DNA of 64,000 nt from a virus (Duplodnaviria > Caudoviricetes). The stretch spans positions 1 to 64,000 of IMG/VR virus record IMGVR_UViG_3300031555_002371. The stretch is one strand, 5' to 3'. The position numbers and the translations under genes were made by a program. The notes below the pieces were generated by a model. That model was given only the letters and a program-made list of their open reading frames with translations, ran no database searches and had not been told where the DNA came from. The number at the start of each line of letters is the position of its first letter. Within the stretch, counting starts at the first letter, position 1. Positions 18,672 through 28,710 of this stretch are shown piece after piece.

Positions 18672-19154
18672 ATGGAGAAATATTATATTGTTTCACCTAA
18701 TAGCGAAGTCTACAAAGAGTATATGAAATACGAAAAGTTTGTAGATGCAATTTCAAAAGCGTTCTCTGATTTTGCTGACCAACATGGAATTAAAGCGACC
18801 AAATTTTATACATACACAAGTGTATTGCACATCTTCCCGGAGAAAGAAGATATAGAACGTTTCGGAGATTCTATGACCAAAACAGAGTTTGGTAGGTTCA
18901 AGAAAAGTTCTGAACTATCTCAAAAATGGGTAGCTAAATGCAAAGAACTTGGATTGGTCGAGGTTAGAAAACCATTTATTCCATTCTTGTTTAACGCTAT
19001 TGCAAAATCCTCATGGCGATTATTCAGCATTAAAGATGATGTGTATTGTACATATGAAAGCACTTCAAAATTTGATGCTCCTGAATGCTTTACAGAAATC
19101 AAAGCAAGCGAATTCTACAAGATAATGGAAGATAACAATGTCGAACTTAATTAA
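18672..19154 (+). CDS. Hypothetical protein
   Basis: SD AAGGAG, in operon. Confidence 0.7.
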   Translation: MEKYYIVSPNSEVYKEYMKYEKFVDAISKAFSDFADQHGIKATKFYTYTSVLHIFPEKEDIERFGDSMTKTEFGRFKKSSELSQKWVAKCKELGLVEVRKPFIPFLFNAIAKSSWRLFSIKDDVYCTYESTSKFDAPECFTEIKASEFYKIMEDNNVELN

Positions 19155-19218
19155 AACAACACTCATTGAGTGATTACATAGATACTTTCCAAAACACAAA
19201 ACAAAGGAGATTTAATAA

Positions 19219-19851
19219 ATGGAAGAAATCATTGTCTTTGAGACATTGAATAAGATTGATGTCTCAAACAAAATCAAAACCAAAAACAATTTGAAATATT
19301 TGTCTTGGGCGAGCGCATGGGCAGAGGTTAAGAAGGTATTCCCCGATGCTACATATCAAATCATTCCTCAGATTATGGATGACCGTGGCAACACAAGATT
19401 CTGGCATGATGATGGCAAGACTGGCTGGGTAGAGGTAGCGGTTACAATTAACGGTATCGAGCTTACTGAAATCCTTGCAATTATGGACTTCAAGAATAAG
19501 TCGATTGTAGCCGAGGATATTACCAGTGTTGATGCAAACAAGAGTATGAAGCGTTGTCTTGTTAAGGCGTGTGCAATGCATGGTCTTGGAATGTACATTT
19601 ATGAAGGTGAGGATATTCCCGAAGAAACCTCCAAGGTTCTTGACTTGCAGAATGAAATCAAGGAGCTTGTTGCGAAGAAGTGCCAACTTTCCGAAAAAGC
19701 GAAGGAGCAGGTATCCACTCTTTGCAAGAACGCAGAAAAAGAAGCAACACCAGATGTTCCCGATGATGCTATCACCGGCAACTATAAAAACATTAATGAT
19801 GCCACCATTCTTGAAAACCTCAAGAAGCGACTTTTGGCAGTAAGAAAGTAA
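19219..19851 (+). CDS. Sak/DUF1071 single-strand annealing protein (Rad52-like)
   Basis: LKYLSWASAW, KRCLVKACAMHGLGMYIYEGED. Confidence 0.85.
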   Translation: MEEIIVFETLNKIDVSNKIKTKNNLKYLSWASAWAEVKKVFPDATYQIIPQIMDDRGNTRFWHDDGKTGWVEVAVTINGIELTEILAIMDFKNKSIVAEDITSVDANKSMKRCLVKACAMHGLGMYIYEGEDIPEETSKVLDLQNEIKELVAKKCQLSEKAKEQVSTLCKNAEKEATPDVPDDAITGNYKNINDATILENLKKRLLAVRK

Positions 19852-19870
19852 GAAAAGGAGATTAAACACT

Positions 19871-20299
19871 ATGGGATTTAGACAGGCAGACAGCGAGAAG
19901 CGTGGCGGTTACGCCAAGGTATGGAAGGTAGAGGATAAGGGCAATTATTCTGTTGGTCAGGTAAGCACCAGTAAGAAGAAGCCCGGTACTGAGAGCGAAT
20001 ATGAGGTTGACTTCCAGGATGGGTATGTGAGATTTATCGGCGCAGCGCATGAGGCTATTCAGCAGTTACAGATTGGCGATAAGGGTCTTTCTATTCAGAT
20101 TACCTCTTGTGATGTTACCAACAAGTATGACAAGGCAAGCAACAGAACCTATGTTAACTATGCGATTTTCGCATTTGATGTAGTCGATGGAAACAACGGT
20201 GGCGGTGCTGCAAAGTCTACCGCAAAGAAGTCAACCGCAAAGCCCAAGGCGAAGGCAGAAGTCGAAGATACTACCGATGACGATGACCTTCCTTTCTAA
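19871..20299 (+). CDS. Single-stranded DNA-binding protein-like
   Basis: Follows Sak; flexible tail ending DDDDLPF. Confidence 0.75.
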   Translation: MGFRQADSEKRGGYAKVWKVEDKGNYSVGQVSTSKKKPGTESEYEVDFQDGYVRFIGAAHEAIQQLQIGDKGLSIQITSCDVTNKYDKASNRTYVNYAIFAFDVVDGNNGGGAAKSTAKKSTAKPKAKAEVEDTTDDDDLPF

Positions 20300-20321
20300 T
20301 GGAGTCGTTTGAATACTACCT

Positions 20322-20936
20322 ATGAATCAAACCAATATTGAGAGGTTTGAGCAGTTATTACATAGCGTAGATAGGGACGGTATGGATAATCTAATCGACT
20401 TTATTCGCAAATCAGATTTCTATACCGCTCCCGCTTCAACGCGATACCATTCGTGCCACGATGGTGGTCTGCTCGAACATAGTTTAAGTGTGTATGATTG
20501 TTTAGCAAACAAACGTGATGATTTGGTATGGAGTGAAGTGTTTGAAAATATCCCCAATGAATCATTAATCATCGTTGCTTTGCTTCATGATGTTTGCAAA
20601 ACTTATTTTTATGGCACAGAGATAAAAAACAAAAAGGTGTATAGCGACACCGGAACGAAGATTGATAGTAATGGCAGGTATGATTGGGTATCATCTCCCG
20701 CTTACACAATCGATGATAGAATTCCATATGGTCATGGTGAAAAATCTGTGATGATGATTGAGGAATATATAAAGCTCACTCCTATGGAACGATACGCGAT
20801 TAGATGGCATATGGGGTATAGCGAACCTAAAGAAAACTACAACACTTTAAGTGCTGCCATAAAAAAATATCCGCTTGTTCTTGCAATTCATGAGGCGGAT
20901 ATTGAGTCAACGTATTTAAAGGAGAAAGAGGAATAA
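20322..20936 (+). CDS. HD-domain phosphohydrolase
   Basis: APASTRYH, GGLLEHS, LLHDVCK, GHGEKS, AIRWHMG. Confidence 0.85.
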   Translation: MNQTNIERFEQLLHSVDRDGMDNLIDFIRKSDFYTAPASTRYHSCHDGGLLEHSLSVYDCLANKRDDLVWSEVFENIPNESLIIVALLHDVCKTYFYGTEIKNKKVYSDTGTKIDSNGRYDWVSSPAYTIDDRIPYGHGEKSVMMIEEYIKLTPMERYAIRWHMGYSEPKENYNTLSAAIKKYPLVLAIHEADIESTYLKEKEE

Positions 20937-20940
20937 TCTT

Positions 20941-21459
20941 ATGGCAAAAAAGACTGATATTAAAATATGCCGATATGCTAAATGCAATCATCCAAACAAG
21001 GAAATAAACATTACTTGTGATGCATTTGAGGCAAAGGGTACGTGTTACTATCATGCGGATTGCTACTCTGCAAAATCTGAGGCAGAAGAAGCAGAAAAGA
21101 AAATAAAGGCTGATATGCAGCTCATCAAAACCATGTGGATTGAAAATATTAGTAACACTGTGGTATATAGTCAGTTGTTCCGTTGCCTTAATGATTTGTT
21201 AGACCAAGGTATAGAGTCAAGTTACCTTGTGTTTGTTATGCAATACTGTGTCACAAATAAACTCAACCTAAGATATCCAATGGGATTTAAGTATTTTGTG
21301 GATAAAGCAGAAATCAAGAATGCCTACAAAAAGAAAAATCTTTTACAGCATAGAGTAAGTCAATCAGATTTCTCGGCAAATGACACAGATGATGCACCAA
21401 AATTCTCAATCAATAAAAAACCAGTAGGATTTAAACGGATATTAGGAGGTGACAAGTAA
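20941..21459 (+). CDS. Hypothetical protein upstream of the helicase (possible loader)
   Basis: Cys/His-rich N-terminus; coupled to the dnaB-like gene. Confidence 0.65.
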   Translation: MAKKTDIKICRYAKCNHPNKEINITCDAFEAKGTCYYHADCYSAKSEAEEAEKKIKADMQLIKTMWIENISNTVVYSQLFRCLNDLLDQGIESSYLVFVMQYCVTNKLNLRYPMGFKYFVDKAEIKNAYKKKNLLQHRVSQSDFSANDTDDAPKFSINKKPVGFKRILGGDK

Positions 21460-22802
21460 TGGATATTGCAGAGCTTTCCGATATTCAATCTGAAAGTGGC
21501 ATCATTGGTACATTAATTTATCACCCTGAATTTGTTTTGCATACTGATTATTTACAGCCTGGATACTTTTATGGTATTGAAAATGGTTGTATTTATTGGG
21601 CAATTCAGGAGTTGTATAAAGAAGGTATTTCCAATATTGATGCCTACAATGTTTCCAATAAACTTCAAAGTAATAGAGCGGTAACAAAGACCATTGAAAA
21701 GTATAATCTCCCATCAGTGCAGGAGTTTATTGAGTTGTACAAGGAAACCGCAAGACATACCATTGAAGAATACAAAATGCTTGCCGACAACATTATCACG
21801 CTTGCTTTTAAGAGAGACCTTGTAAAAACTTTGAATCAGTTATCTTCGGATTGTTTTTTGAAGGATTATGAGCTTGACAAGTTAAGCAATGTAGTGTATG
21901 GAGAGCTTGATAAACTAACGCAAAAGTATGTAACAACATCTGATGTTGGTACTCTCGGACAGAGCATAGATGATATTTGGGATGAGATTGTAAGCAGACG
22001 AACTTCTGATGGAACATACGGTATTCCCTCTAAGTATAAATCATTTATTGATTTTTACACATACGAGCCGGGAGAACTTGTGGTTATTCAGGCTAAGTAT
22101 AAACAAGGAAAGTCTGTGTTCTTGATGAATGAAGCGGTACACAAACTCAAAAACGGAGTTCCCACCTTGGTTGTTGATAGTGAAATGCCAACGAGATTAT
22201 ATACTGAAAGATTAATTTCTCACCTTACAGGAATTGAAATGAAACGCATCAAGAATGGTAACTATTCGGACGAAGAAAAGAAGATTATCGAGCAGTGGAT
22301 TTCATGGCTTAAAGATCAACCTTTTGTACATATCTATGACCCACAAATGACCAATGAAAAGTTATATTCCATTTGTAAAATGCTGAAGCATAAGATGAAT
22401 CTTTCATTTGTGGTGTTCGACTACTTAAAGAGTAATGAAACTTCAACGAGCGATAACTACAACGTACTTGGCGCAAAATGTGATTTCTTGAAGAATAACA
22501 TTGCTGGAGAACTTGACCTTGCGGTATTGGCTGCTTGCCAGCTTAACCGAAATGGGGAAGTCGCAGATAGTATCAAAATCAATAGATATTTGTCTGTTGG
22601 TATCCGATGGGAATACAAAACCCAAGAGATGATTGCAAGAGACGGGTTGAAATGTGGTAACGCATTTGCCAAAATTTATGTTAATCGTCTTGGTCGCCAA
22701 ATGCAAGAAGATGATGACAATGACTACATTGATTTTATTTTCGATGGTGACAAAATGACTATCGTTGAAGCACAACAGCACGATAGAGACAGCAGTTTCT
22801 AA
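21459..22802 (+). CDS. DnaB-like replicative helicase
   Basis: Walker A AKYKQGKS, DSEM, VFDYLK, ACQLNR. Confidence 0.88.
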   Translation: MDIAELSDIQSESGIIGTLIYHPEFVLHTDYLQPGYFYGIENGCIYWAIQELYKEGISNIDAYNVSNKLQSNRAVTKTIEKYNLPSVQEFIELYKETARHTIEEYKMLADNIITLAFKRDLVKTLNQLSSDCFLKDYELDKLSNVVYGELDKLTQKYVTTSDVGTLGQSIDDIWDEIVSRRTSDGTYGIPSKYKSFIDFYTYEPGELVVIQAKYKQGKSVFLMNEAVHKLKNGVPTLVVDSEMPTRLYTERLISHLTGIEMKRIKNGNYSDEEKKIIEQWISWLKDQPFVHIYDPQMTNEKLYSICKMLKHKMNLSFVVFDYLKSNETSTSDNYNVLGAKCDFLKNNIAGELDLAVLAACQLNRNGEVADSIKINRYLSVGIRWEYKTQEMIARDGLKCGNAFAKIYVNRLGRQMQEDDDNDYIDFIFDGDKMTIVEAQQHDRDSSF

Positions 22803-22823
22803 AACAGTGGAGGCATAGTCGAT

Positions 22824-23831
22824 ATGAGAAATTACGATGACGAAATGTTACAACAAATCAACGACAGTGCCGACTTATTGGAATATGTGAGCAAAACAAT
22901 CGATATGGAAAAGAGGGGTAATGACTACTTTGGTCGATGCCCTCTGCATATAGACAAAACCCCTTCTTTTTCCATTACTCCATCCAAAAATTCGTATTAT
23001 TGTTTTTCTTGTGGTAAGTCTGGCGGAATAATCGGATTCCTTATGGATTATGAAGGAATGTGTTTTGAGGATGCCGTTGAAAAAGCTGCGACTTTGGCAG
23101 ATTTGGATTTATCCAAGATGTGTCAATCAAAAACTATTTCATTCTTGCGAAAGTTGAGAACAATCGCTCTAAAAACTCCAACAGAATATGACCATCCTAT
23201 CCTGCGAGATAAAGACTATGAGAAATACAGCAAAGAACCAGCGTGGGAATGGTTAAATGAGGGTATTGAGCAAAAGGTGATGGATTTGTTCGGTGTAAGA
23301 ATTGATAATGAATACAATCGAATTATCTATCCAGTATACGACATCCATGGAAACTTAATTAATATCAAAGCAAGAACCAGATATCCGAACTATAAAGAAT
23401 TAAAACTTCCCAAATATATCAACTATTATAGTGTCGGTTGTATGGATTACTTTCAAGGATTAAATATAACTCTCCCATATGTAAAAGAAAAGAATGAGAT
23501 TATCATTTTTGAATCTATTAAATCTGTTATGAAAGCATATGGTTGGGGATATAAAAATTGCGCTTCAGCAGAAAAACACACATTGACAAAAGAGCAAATC
23601 AATCTTTTGGTGAAACTTAAAGTCAATATTGTTTTCGCTTATGATTCTGATGTTAGTTATCGTAGCCAAGATGTAAAACAAAACATAGACAAGTTAAAAA
23701 GAGTTACTAACGTGTTTATTATCGAGGATAAACAAAAGTTGCTCGGTGGCATAGACGCAAAAAACGCTCCGGTTGACTGTGGAAAAGATATTTGGGAAGA
23801 ACTATATTTTTCAAAAAAAAAGGTGGTGTAG
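22824..23831 (+). CDS. DNA primase (CHC2 zinc finger + TOPRIM)
   Basis: CPLHIDKTPSF..YYCFSCG; IFESIKS; FAYDSD. Confidence 0.88.
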   Translation: MRNYDDEMLQQINDSADLLEYVSKTIDMEKRGNDYFGRCPLHIDKTPSFSITPSKNSYYCFSCGKSGGIIGFLMDYEGMCFEDAVEKAATLADLDLSKMCQSKTISFLRKLRTIALKTPTEYDHPILRDKDYEKYSKEPAWEWLNEGIEQKVMDLFGVRIDNEYNRIIYPVYDIHGNLINIKARTRYPNYKELKLPKYINYYSVGCMDYFQGLNITLPYVKEKNEIIIFESIKSVMKAYGWGYKNCASAEKHTLTKEQINLLVKLKVNIVFAYDSDVSYRSQDVKQNIDKLKRVTNVFIIEDKQKLLGGIDAKNAPVDCGKDIWEELYFSKKKVV

Positions 23832-23836
23832 AGTAT

Positions 23837-24442
23837 ATGGAATTTGGCTATAACAAAAGGCGTAAACCCATGAAAAACAGCACCTTTCTCGAATTAAATT
23901 TACTCGATGAAGAACACGGTTTATATGGTAGATGCAAAACCAGTAACACCCAACAATATTATTACTTTTCTATGTGTGACTTTGAAAAGATTAAAGAGTA
24001 TTGTTGGAGCGAACATATTCACAAGGTAACTGGTTATAGGAGTTTAAGAGCAAAGGTTAATAAAAAAGTTATAACGATGCACAAATTGCTTGGTTTTAAT
24101 AGTCCTGACCATATCAATCGGAATGCTCTCGATAATCGCAGAGAAAACTTAAATGGCAATACTACAAACAGAGAACAATGCTTAAATCAAGGATTGAGAA
24201 AAGATAATAAATACGGTTGCAAGGGAATTGAGTGGAGAAAACAACGTGGAAAATGGCAAGCAAGAATAAACGTTGATGGGAAACAAAAATATTTAGGATT
24301 GTTCGAGAGCAAAGAAGATGCAATAATTTCTCGGTTAAAAGCAGAGTTGCTTTATTATAAAAACAAGGAACACTTGTGGCAAAAAGAACTCATGAGAAAG
24401 CACAAATTGATTGGAGGTGAGGAAAATAAAAAAACCTTATAG
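23837..24442 (+). CDS. HNH/AP2 homing endonuclease
   Basis: MHKLL..DHINRNALDNRRENL; KWQARINVDGKQKYLGLF. Confidence 0.8.
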   Translation: MEFGYNKRRKPMKNSTFLELNLLDEEHGLYGRCKTSNTQQYYYFSMCDFEKIKEYCWSEHIHKVTGYRSLRAKVNKKVITMHKLLGFNSPDHINRNALDNRRENLNGNTTNREQCLNQGLRKDNKYGCKGIEWRKQRGKWQARINVDGKQKYLGLFESKEDAIISRLKAELLYYKNKEHLWQKELMRKHKLIGGEENKKTL

Positions 24443-25199
24443 TTATAGTAGTACCGCCTGTTTTGGGCATTGTAAGTATGAGTTCTATCTTGATTATATT
24501 ATCAATGATGACGAACAGTATTTATCAGAAGGGAACTATTACGCCGAAGTAGGTAGTTTTGTTCATGAGATATTGGCAAAAATATTCCAAGGTGAAATCA
24601 AACCTGAAGATGCGGCGGAATATTTTATGGAGAATTATGAAAACAACATCTTTTATAAAGTAAAAGAGTCCACAATGACTAAAACTTATGATGCGTGTTT
24701 GGAATATTTCTTAACTGCTGATTTTGATTGGATTAACAATTACGACATTCTTGGTGTAGAACTGGAACAGCATTTTGTAATAGATGGATATGAATTTGTA
24801 GGTTACATAGATTTGCTTCTACGTGATAAATCAGATGGTAAAATCGTCGTTCTTGACCATAAATCTGCACCTTATCCAATGAAAAAAGATGGCGAAATAA
24901 AGAAAAACCAATTGCAAAGTTTCACATCTTATAAGAAGCAGATGTACTTATACTGTAATTCAATCTATCAGCAATATCACGAGTTCCCGAAAGAAATCGT
25001 TTGGAATCATTTTAAAGACGGTGGAAAATTCGCAATGATACCGTTCAAACAGGATGAATACGACGAAACAATCAAATGGTTTATCGATACAATCAAAACC
25101 ATTGAAAAAGAAGAAGATTTTGAACCATCACAGGACTTCTTCTATTGCACAAATCTCTGCAACTTTAGACATAGTTGCGAGTACAAAAATCATTCGTAA
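24411..25199 (+). CDS. PD-(D/E)xK RecB/Cas4-like exonuclease
   Basis: GSFVHEIL, GYIDLL, LDHKS, QMYLY, C-terminal CTNLCNFRHSC; exact start uncertain. Confidence 0.82.
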   Translation: MEVRKIKKPYSYSSTACFGHCKYEFYLDYIINDDEQYLSEGNYYAEVGSFVHEILAKIFQGEIKPEDAAEYFMENYENNIFYKVKESTMTKTYDACLEYFLTADFDWINNYDILGVELEQHFVIDGYEFVGYIDLLLRDKSDGKIVVLDHKSAPYPMKKDGEIKKNQLQSFTSYKKQMYLYCNSIYQQYHEFPKEIVWNHFKDGGKFAMIPFKQDEYDETIKWFIDTIKTIEKEEDFEPSQDFFYCTNLCNFRHSCEYKNHS

Positions 25200-28100
25200 A
25201 GGAGTTGAGTAGCATAAATAAACCGGAAACATATGTAGGATACCACATCCATAGTTTTTTGAGCAATGGAACAACCAATATCGATAGTATCACAAATTTC
25301 CGTAGTTATGTTGATGTTGCAAATAAGTATGGTATGTCAGCCCTCGGTATATCAGAACATGGGAACATCTTCGAGTGGTTACACAAAAAAGAAGCTATCG
25401 AAGCGGCTGGTATGAAATATCTACATTGTGTTGAAGCGTATCTTACAGAGGACAATGAAGAAAAGAGTGCGGTGTACACGGCTACTTCACTACTCGACTC
25501 CGCTTTTGCGGAAATGTGTGGAATACGAGATAAGAACATCAAAATTCGTTTCCGTAAATATTGGGAGAGAGAAGATGGTATGTGGTTGGCTACCGTTGAT
25601 GACGAAAACTCTCAACACAATGGAAAAACACTTCCCATTGATATCGATACTTTAAAAAAGGAATATGCAAAAAGTAGAGATAATTACCACTGTGTTTTGA
25701 TTGCAAAAAACTATGAAGGAGTATGTGAGTTAAATAAACTTGTGTCGGGTAGTTTTGACCGCTCCGATTATCACTTTTATTATATGCCACGTATCTCATT
25801 TGATGAACTTTTTGCCACATCAAAAAACATTATCATTACAACAGCTTGTTTAGGTGGTGTGTTACACAATGGCAACCCTCTAATTAAAGAAAAGATGATT
25901 TCTTTCCTAACCAGAAATAGGGATAGATGTTTTCTTGAAATCCAACATCATAATTGTGCCGACCAAATCGAATATAATCAAACCTTATATAATTTACATA
26001 AAGCAACACAAGTTCCCTTAATTGCCGGTACAGATACTCACGCTCTTAATGATGTGCATATGGATGGTCGTGCAATTCTTCAGAAAGCAAAAGATGTAAG
26101 GTTTGCGAATGAAGAAGAATGGGATTTGACTTTTAAATCCGTTGACGAATTAATTGCAGCATATAAAAAACAAAACTCTTTGCCTATGGATGTTGTTTAC
26201 GAAGCAATTCAAAACACCGTTAAGATGGCAGATATGGTTGAGGAATTTAAACTTGATTATTCTGCGAAGTATCCGAAACTTTACGATGATTCCGAAGAAG
26301 CATTTAAACAGCTTATCAACGAAGGTGTAAGGCGCAGAGGTATCCAATCGTATCCCAATTATAGTGTGTATGTTGATAGAATTCATAATGAATTTGAAAC
26401 ATACAAACACAATAACGCCATTGATTTTATGCTTCTTGAAGAAGATTACAAGTCTGAAATGAGAAGAAGAAACATCAAGTATGGTTATTCTCGTGGTTCT
26501 GTATCTGGAAGCATTATCGCTTATCTGCTCGGAATTACAGAAGTTGATAGTGTAAAATACAATCTTAACTTCGAGCGTTTCATGAATAGAGAGCGTGTAA
26601 GCCTTGCTGACGTAGATACCGACTGGTTATCAGAGGATAGAAAGGTTGTTAAAGATTATCTTTTCGCAAAACAAGGTTTGTATTGCTGCGATATTGTAAC
26701 CTTTAATACAATTGCACTCAAAGGAGCAATTGATGACGTTTGCAGAGCTTTATACAAAAGTGAATACCCTCCCGCATTAAAAAAGAAAATTCAAAAGGAA
26801 ATAAATGAGTTTGGAAAAGTTACTGCGGAAACAAACCAAGAATGTGCAAAATACGATAAGCAATATTTGGAGATTTCGGATAGGATAAAAACCGAAGCAG
26901 AAATCGACGAGGAAGCAACTCGCCAAAAATATCCCGATGTATTTAAGTATGTAGACCTTGTAAATGGTGTTGTTGTTTCTGTTGGTAATCACCCAGCCGG
27001 ATGCGTTGTATCACCATTTCCCGTTGATTCTTGGTTTGGAACGTTCACAACCACAACAGACGAATATCCGATTTCCGTTCTCAATATGAAAGAAATTGAC
27101 TCATTGAATTTCGTCAAGTTGGATATCCTTGGTCTTGATAATATTGGATTGATTTACAAGACTTGTGATGCTGCTGGAATCCCATTTTTAACTCCTGATA
27201 ATACGCCCGCAGATGATATGGATGTATGGAATAGCATTAAAGAAGATACAACAATGATATTCCAATGGGAGTCTGTAAGTGCAACATCATATTTACAACA
27301 GTTGTTTAGCGATACCACTATTGAGAAAATCAGAGAAGAAAACGCCAACTTCTCGTACATGGATTTGCTTTCGATTGGCAACGGTGCTATCCGACCAGCA
27401 GGTGAATCTTATAGAGATAAATTGGCACAGGGTATATATCAAGATAATGGTCATAAAGCCTTGAATGACTTTCTTGCCCCGACACTTGGATACCTTGTTT
27501 ATCAAGAGCAGATTATCGAATTTTTGCACTCATTCTGTGGATACACGATGGGCGAAGCGGACATTGTACGTCGAGGGTTTGCAAAGAAAACAGGTACGGA
27601 CAAATTTATTCCCAAAATCAAATCCGGTTTTGCCGAAACAATGAAAGAAAAATACGGGGTTTCAGAAAGTGAATCAGATAAGCTAATTGTAAACTTTATT
27701 CAAGTTATTGAAGATGCAAGTTCGTATCTATTTTCAAAAAACCATGCTGATCCATATAGTTGGATTGGATATATTTGCGGATATTTGCGTTATCACTATC
27801 CATTGGAGTTTATAACCACTGCATTAAATATCTTCGAGGGAAAAGAAGAAAAAAGTCTTGCAATTATTAACTATGCAAAGAAGCAGGGAATAAGAATTTC
27901 ACCTATTAAGTTTCGCCACTCTATTGCACAATATAGTTTCGACAAGAACACCAATGAAATATTCAAAGGTGTTTCTTCGATAAAATATATGAATGCTGCG
28001 GTTGCAAATGAAATTTATGAGTTAAGAGATAATCGTTACGATACTTTTATTGATTTACTCAAAGACCTTCGTGATAAAACATCTATCAACTCTCGTCAGT

Positions 28101-28681
28101 TGAATATTCTAATTGAACTTGATTTCTTTGAAGAATTCGGCAACGCAAATTCTTTGTTGGCGCAATGTAAATTGTATAACGATTTAAGCGATAAGGTTCA
28201 ATTTAAAAAGGATAAGCTCAAAGAATTGAATATCCCCGAAGAACTTGTACGAAAGTATGCAGAGAGAGAAACGGAGAAGATGTTTACAAAAGTCGATGTT
28301 GTTGGTTTATTAAATGCTATCATTCCAACAATTAAAGCCGCTCCGAGAACGCTTGGAGAAAAGGTGCAAGCTCAAATTACACATTTGGGCTATGTTGATA
28401 TTGTTGATGAGAGATATGCAAGAATGGCTGCCGTGTTATCTTTGGATACAAAATACTCTCCAAAACTCAAATTATACTCGTTAAAACACGGCACAGTTGT
28501 TGATTGCAAAATTGACAAAAAGACATTTGGAAAAACAAAACTATCAGAAGGCGACATTGTGAAAATCCAAAGCACAAAAGATAAGCCTAAAACAAGACGA
28601 AACGAAAATGGTGAGTGGGAATCTATTCCTGGCACAAAGGAAACATGGATAACTGCTTACCAAGTTATAAAGGATTTATAA
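25175..28681 (+). CDS. dnaE: DNA polymerase III alpha subunit
   Basis: PHP domain (HIHS, SEHG, GTDTH), SRGSVSGS, FERFMN..ADVDTD, HPAG, KLDILGL, YQEQI, YLFSKNHA; start probably ~25205-25214. Confidence 0.95.
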   Translation: MRVQKSFVKELSSINKPETYVGYHIHSFLSNGTTNIDSITNFRSYVDVANKYGMSALGISEHGNIFEWLHKKEAIEAAGMKYLHCVEAYLTEDNEEKSAVYTATSLLDSAFAEMCGIRDKNIKIRFRKYWEREDGMWLATVDDENSQHNGKTLPIDIDTLKKEYAKSRDNYHCVLIAKNYEGVCELNKLVSGSFDRSDYHFYYMPRISFDELFATSKNIIITTACLGGVLHNGNPLIKEKMISFLTRNRDRCFLEIQHHNCADQIEYNQTLYNLHKATQVPLIAGTDTHALNDVHMDGRAILQKAKDVRFANEEEWDLTFKSVDELIAAYKKQNSLPMDVVYEAIQNTVKMADMVEEFKLDYSAKYPKLYDDSEEAFKQLINEGVRRRGIQSYPNYSVYVDRIHNEFETYKHNNAIDFMLLEEDYKSEMRRRNIKYGYSRGSVSGSIIAYLLGITEVDSVKYNLNFERFMNRERVSLADVDTDWLSEDRKVVKDYLFAKQGLYCCDIVTFNTIALKGAIDDVCRALYKSEYPPALKKKIQKEINEFGKVTAETNQECAKYDKQYLEISDRIKTEAEIDEEATRQKYPDVFKYVDLVNGVVVSVGNHPAGCVVSPFPVDSWFGTFTTTTDEYPISVLNMKEIDSLNFVKLDILGLDNIGLIYKTCDAAGIPFLTPDNTPADDMDVWNSIKEDTTMIFQWESVSATSYLQQLFSDTTIEKIREENANFSYMDLLSIGNGAIRPAGESYRDKLAQGIYQDNGHKALNDFLAPTLGYLVYQEQIIEFLHSFCGYTMGEADIVRRGFAKKTGTDKFIPKIKSGFAETMKEKYGVSESESDKLIVNFIQVIEDASSYLFSKNHADPYSWIGYICGYLRYHYPLEFITTALNIFEGKEEKSLAIINYAKKQGIRISPIKFRHSIAQYSFDKNTNEIFKGVSSIKYMNAAVANEIYELRDNRYDTFIDLLKDLRDKTSINSRQLNILIELDFFEEFGNANSLLAQCKLYNDLSDKVQFKKDKLKELNIPEELVRKYAERETEKMFTKVDVVGLLNAIIPTIKAAPRTLGEKVQAQITHLGYVDIVDERYARMAAVLSLDTKYSPKLKLYSLKHGTVVDCKIDKKTFGKTKLSEGDIVKIQSTKDKPKTRRNENGEWESIPGTKETWITAYQVIKDL

Positions 28682-28710
28682 TAAATCTGAACAACCATAA
28701 AGGAGAATTG

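Noticed and set aside
19264-19869. 201-aa minus-strand ORF
   Set aside because: Antisense shadow of the Sak gene, with no recognisable motifs
24411-25199. Cas4-like nuclease suggesting CRISPR-Cas
   Set aside because: No repeat-spacer array or other cas genes seen; solo RecB/Cas4-like nucleases are common in phage replication modules
25450-25675. Intein in dnaE
   Set aside because: Insertion is too short and lacks the N-terminal Cys/Ser and C-terminal His-Asn
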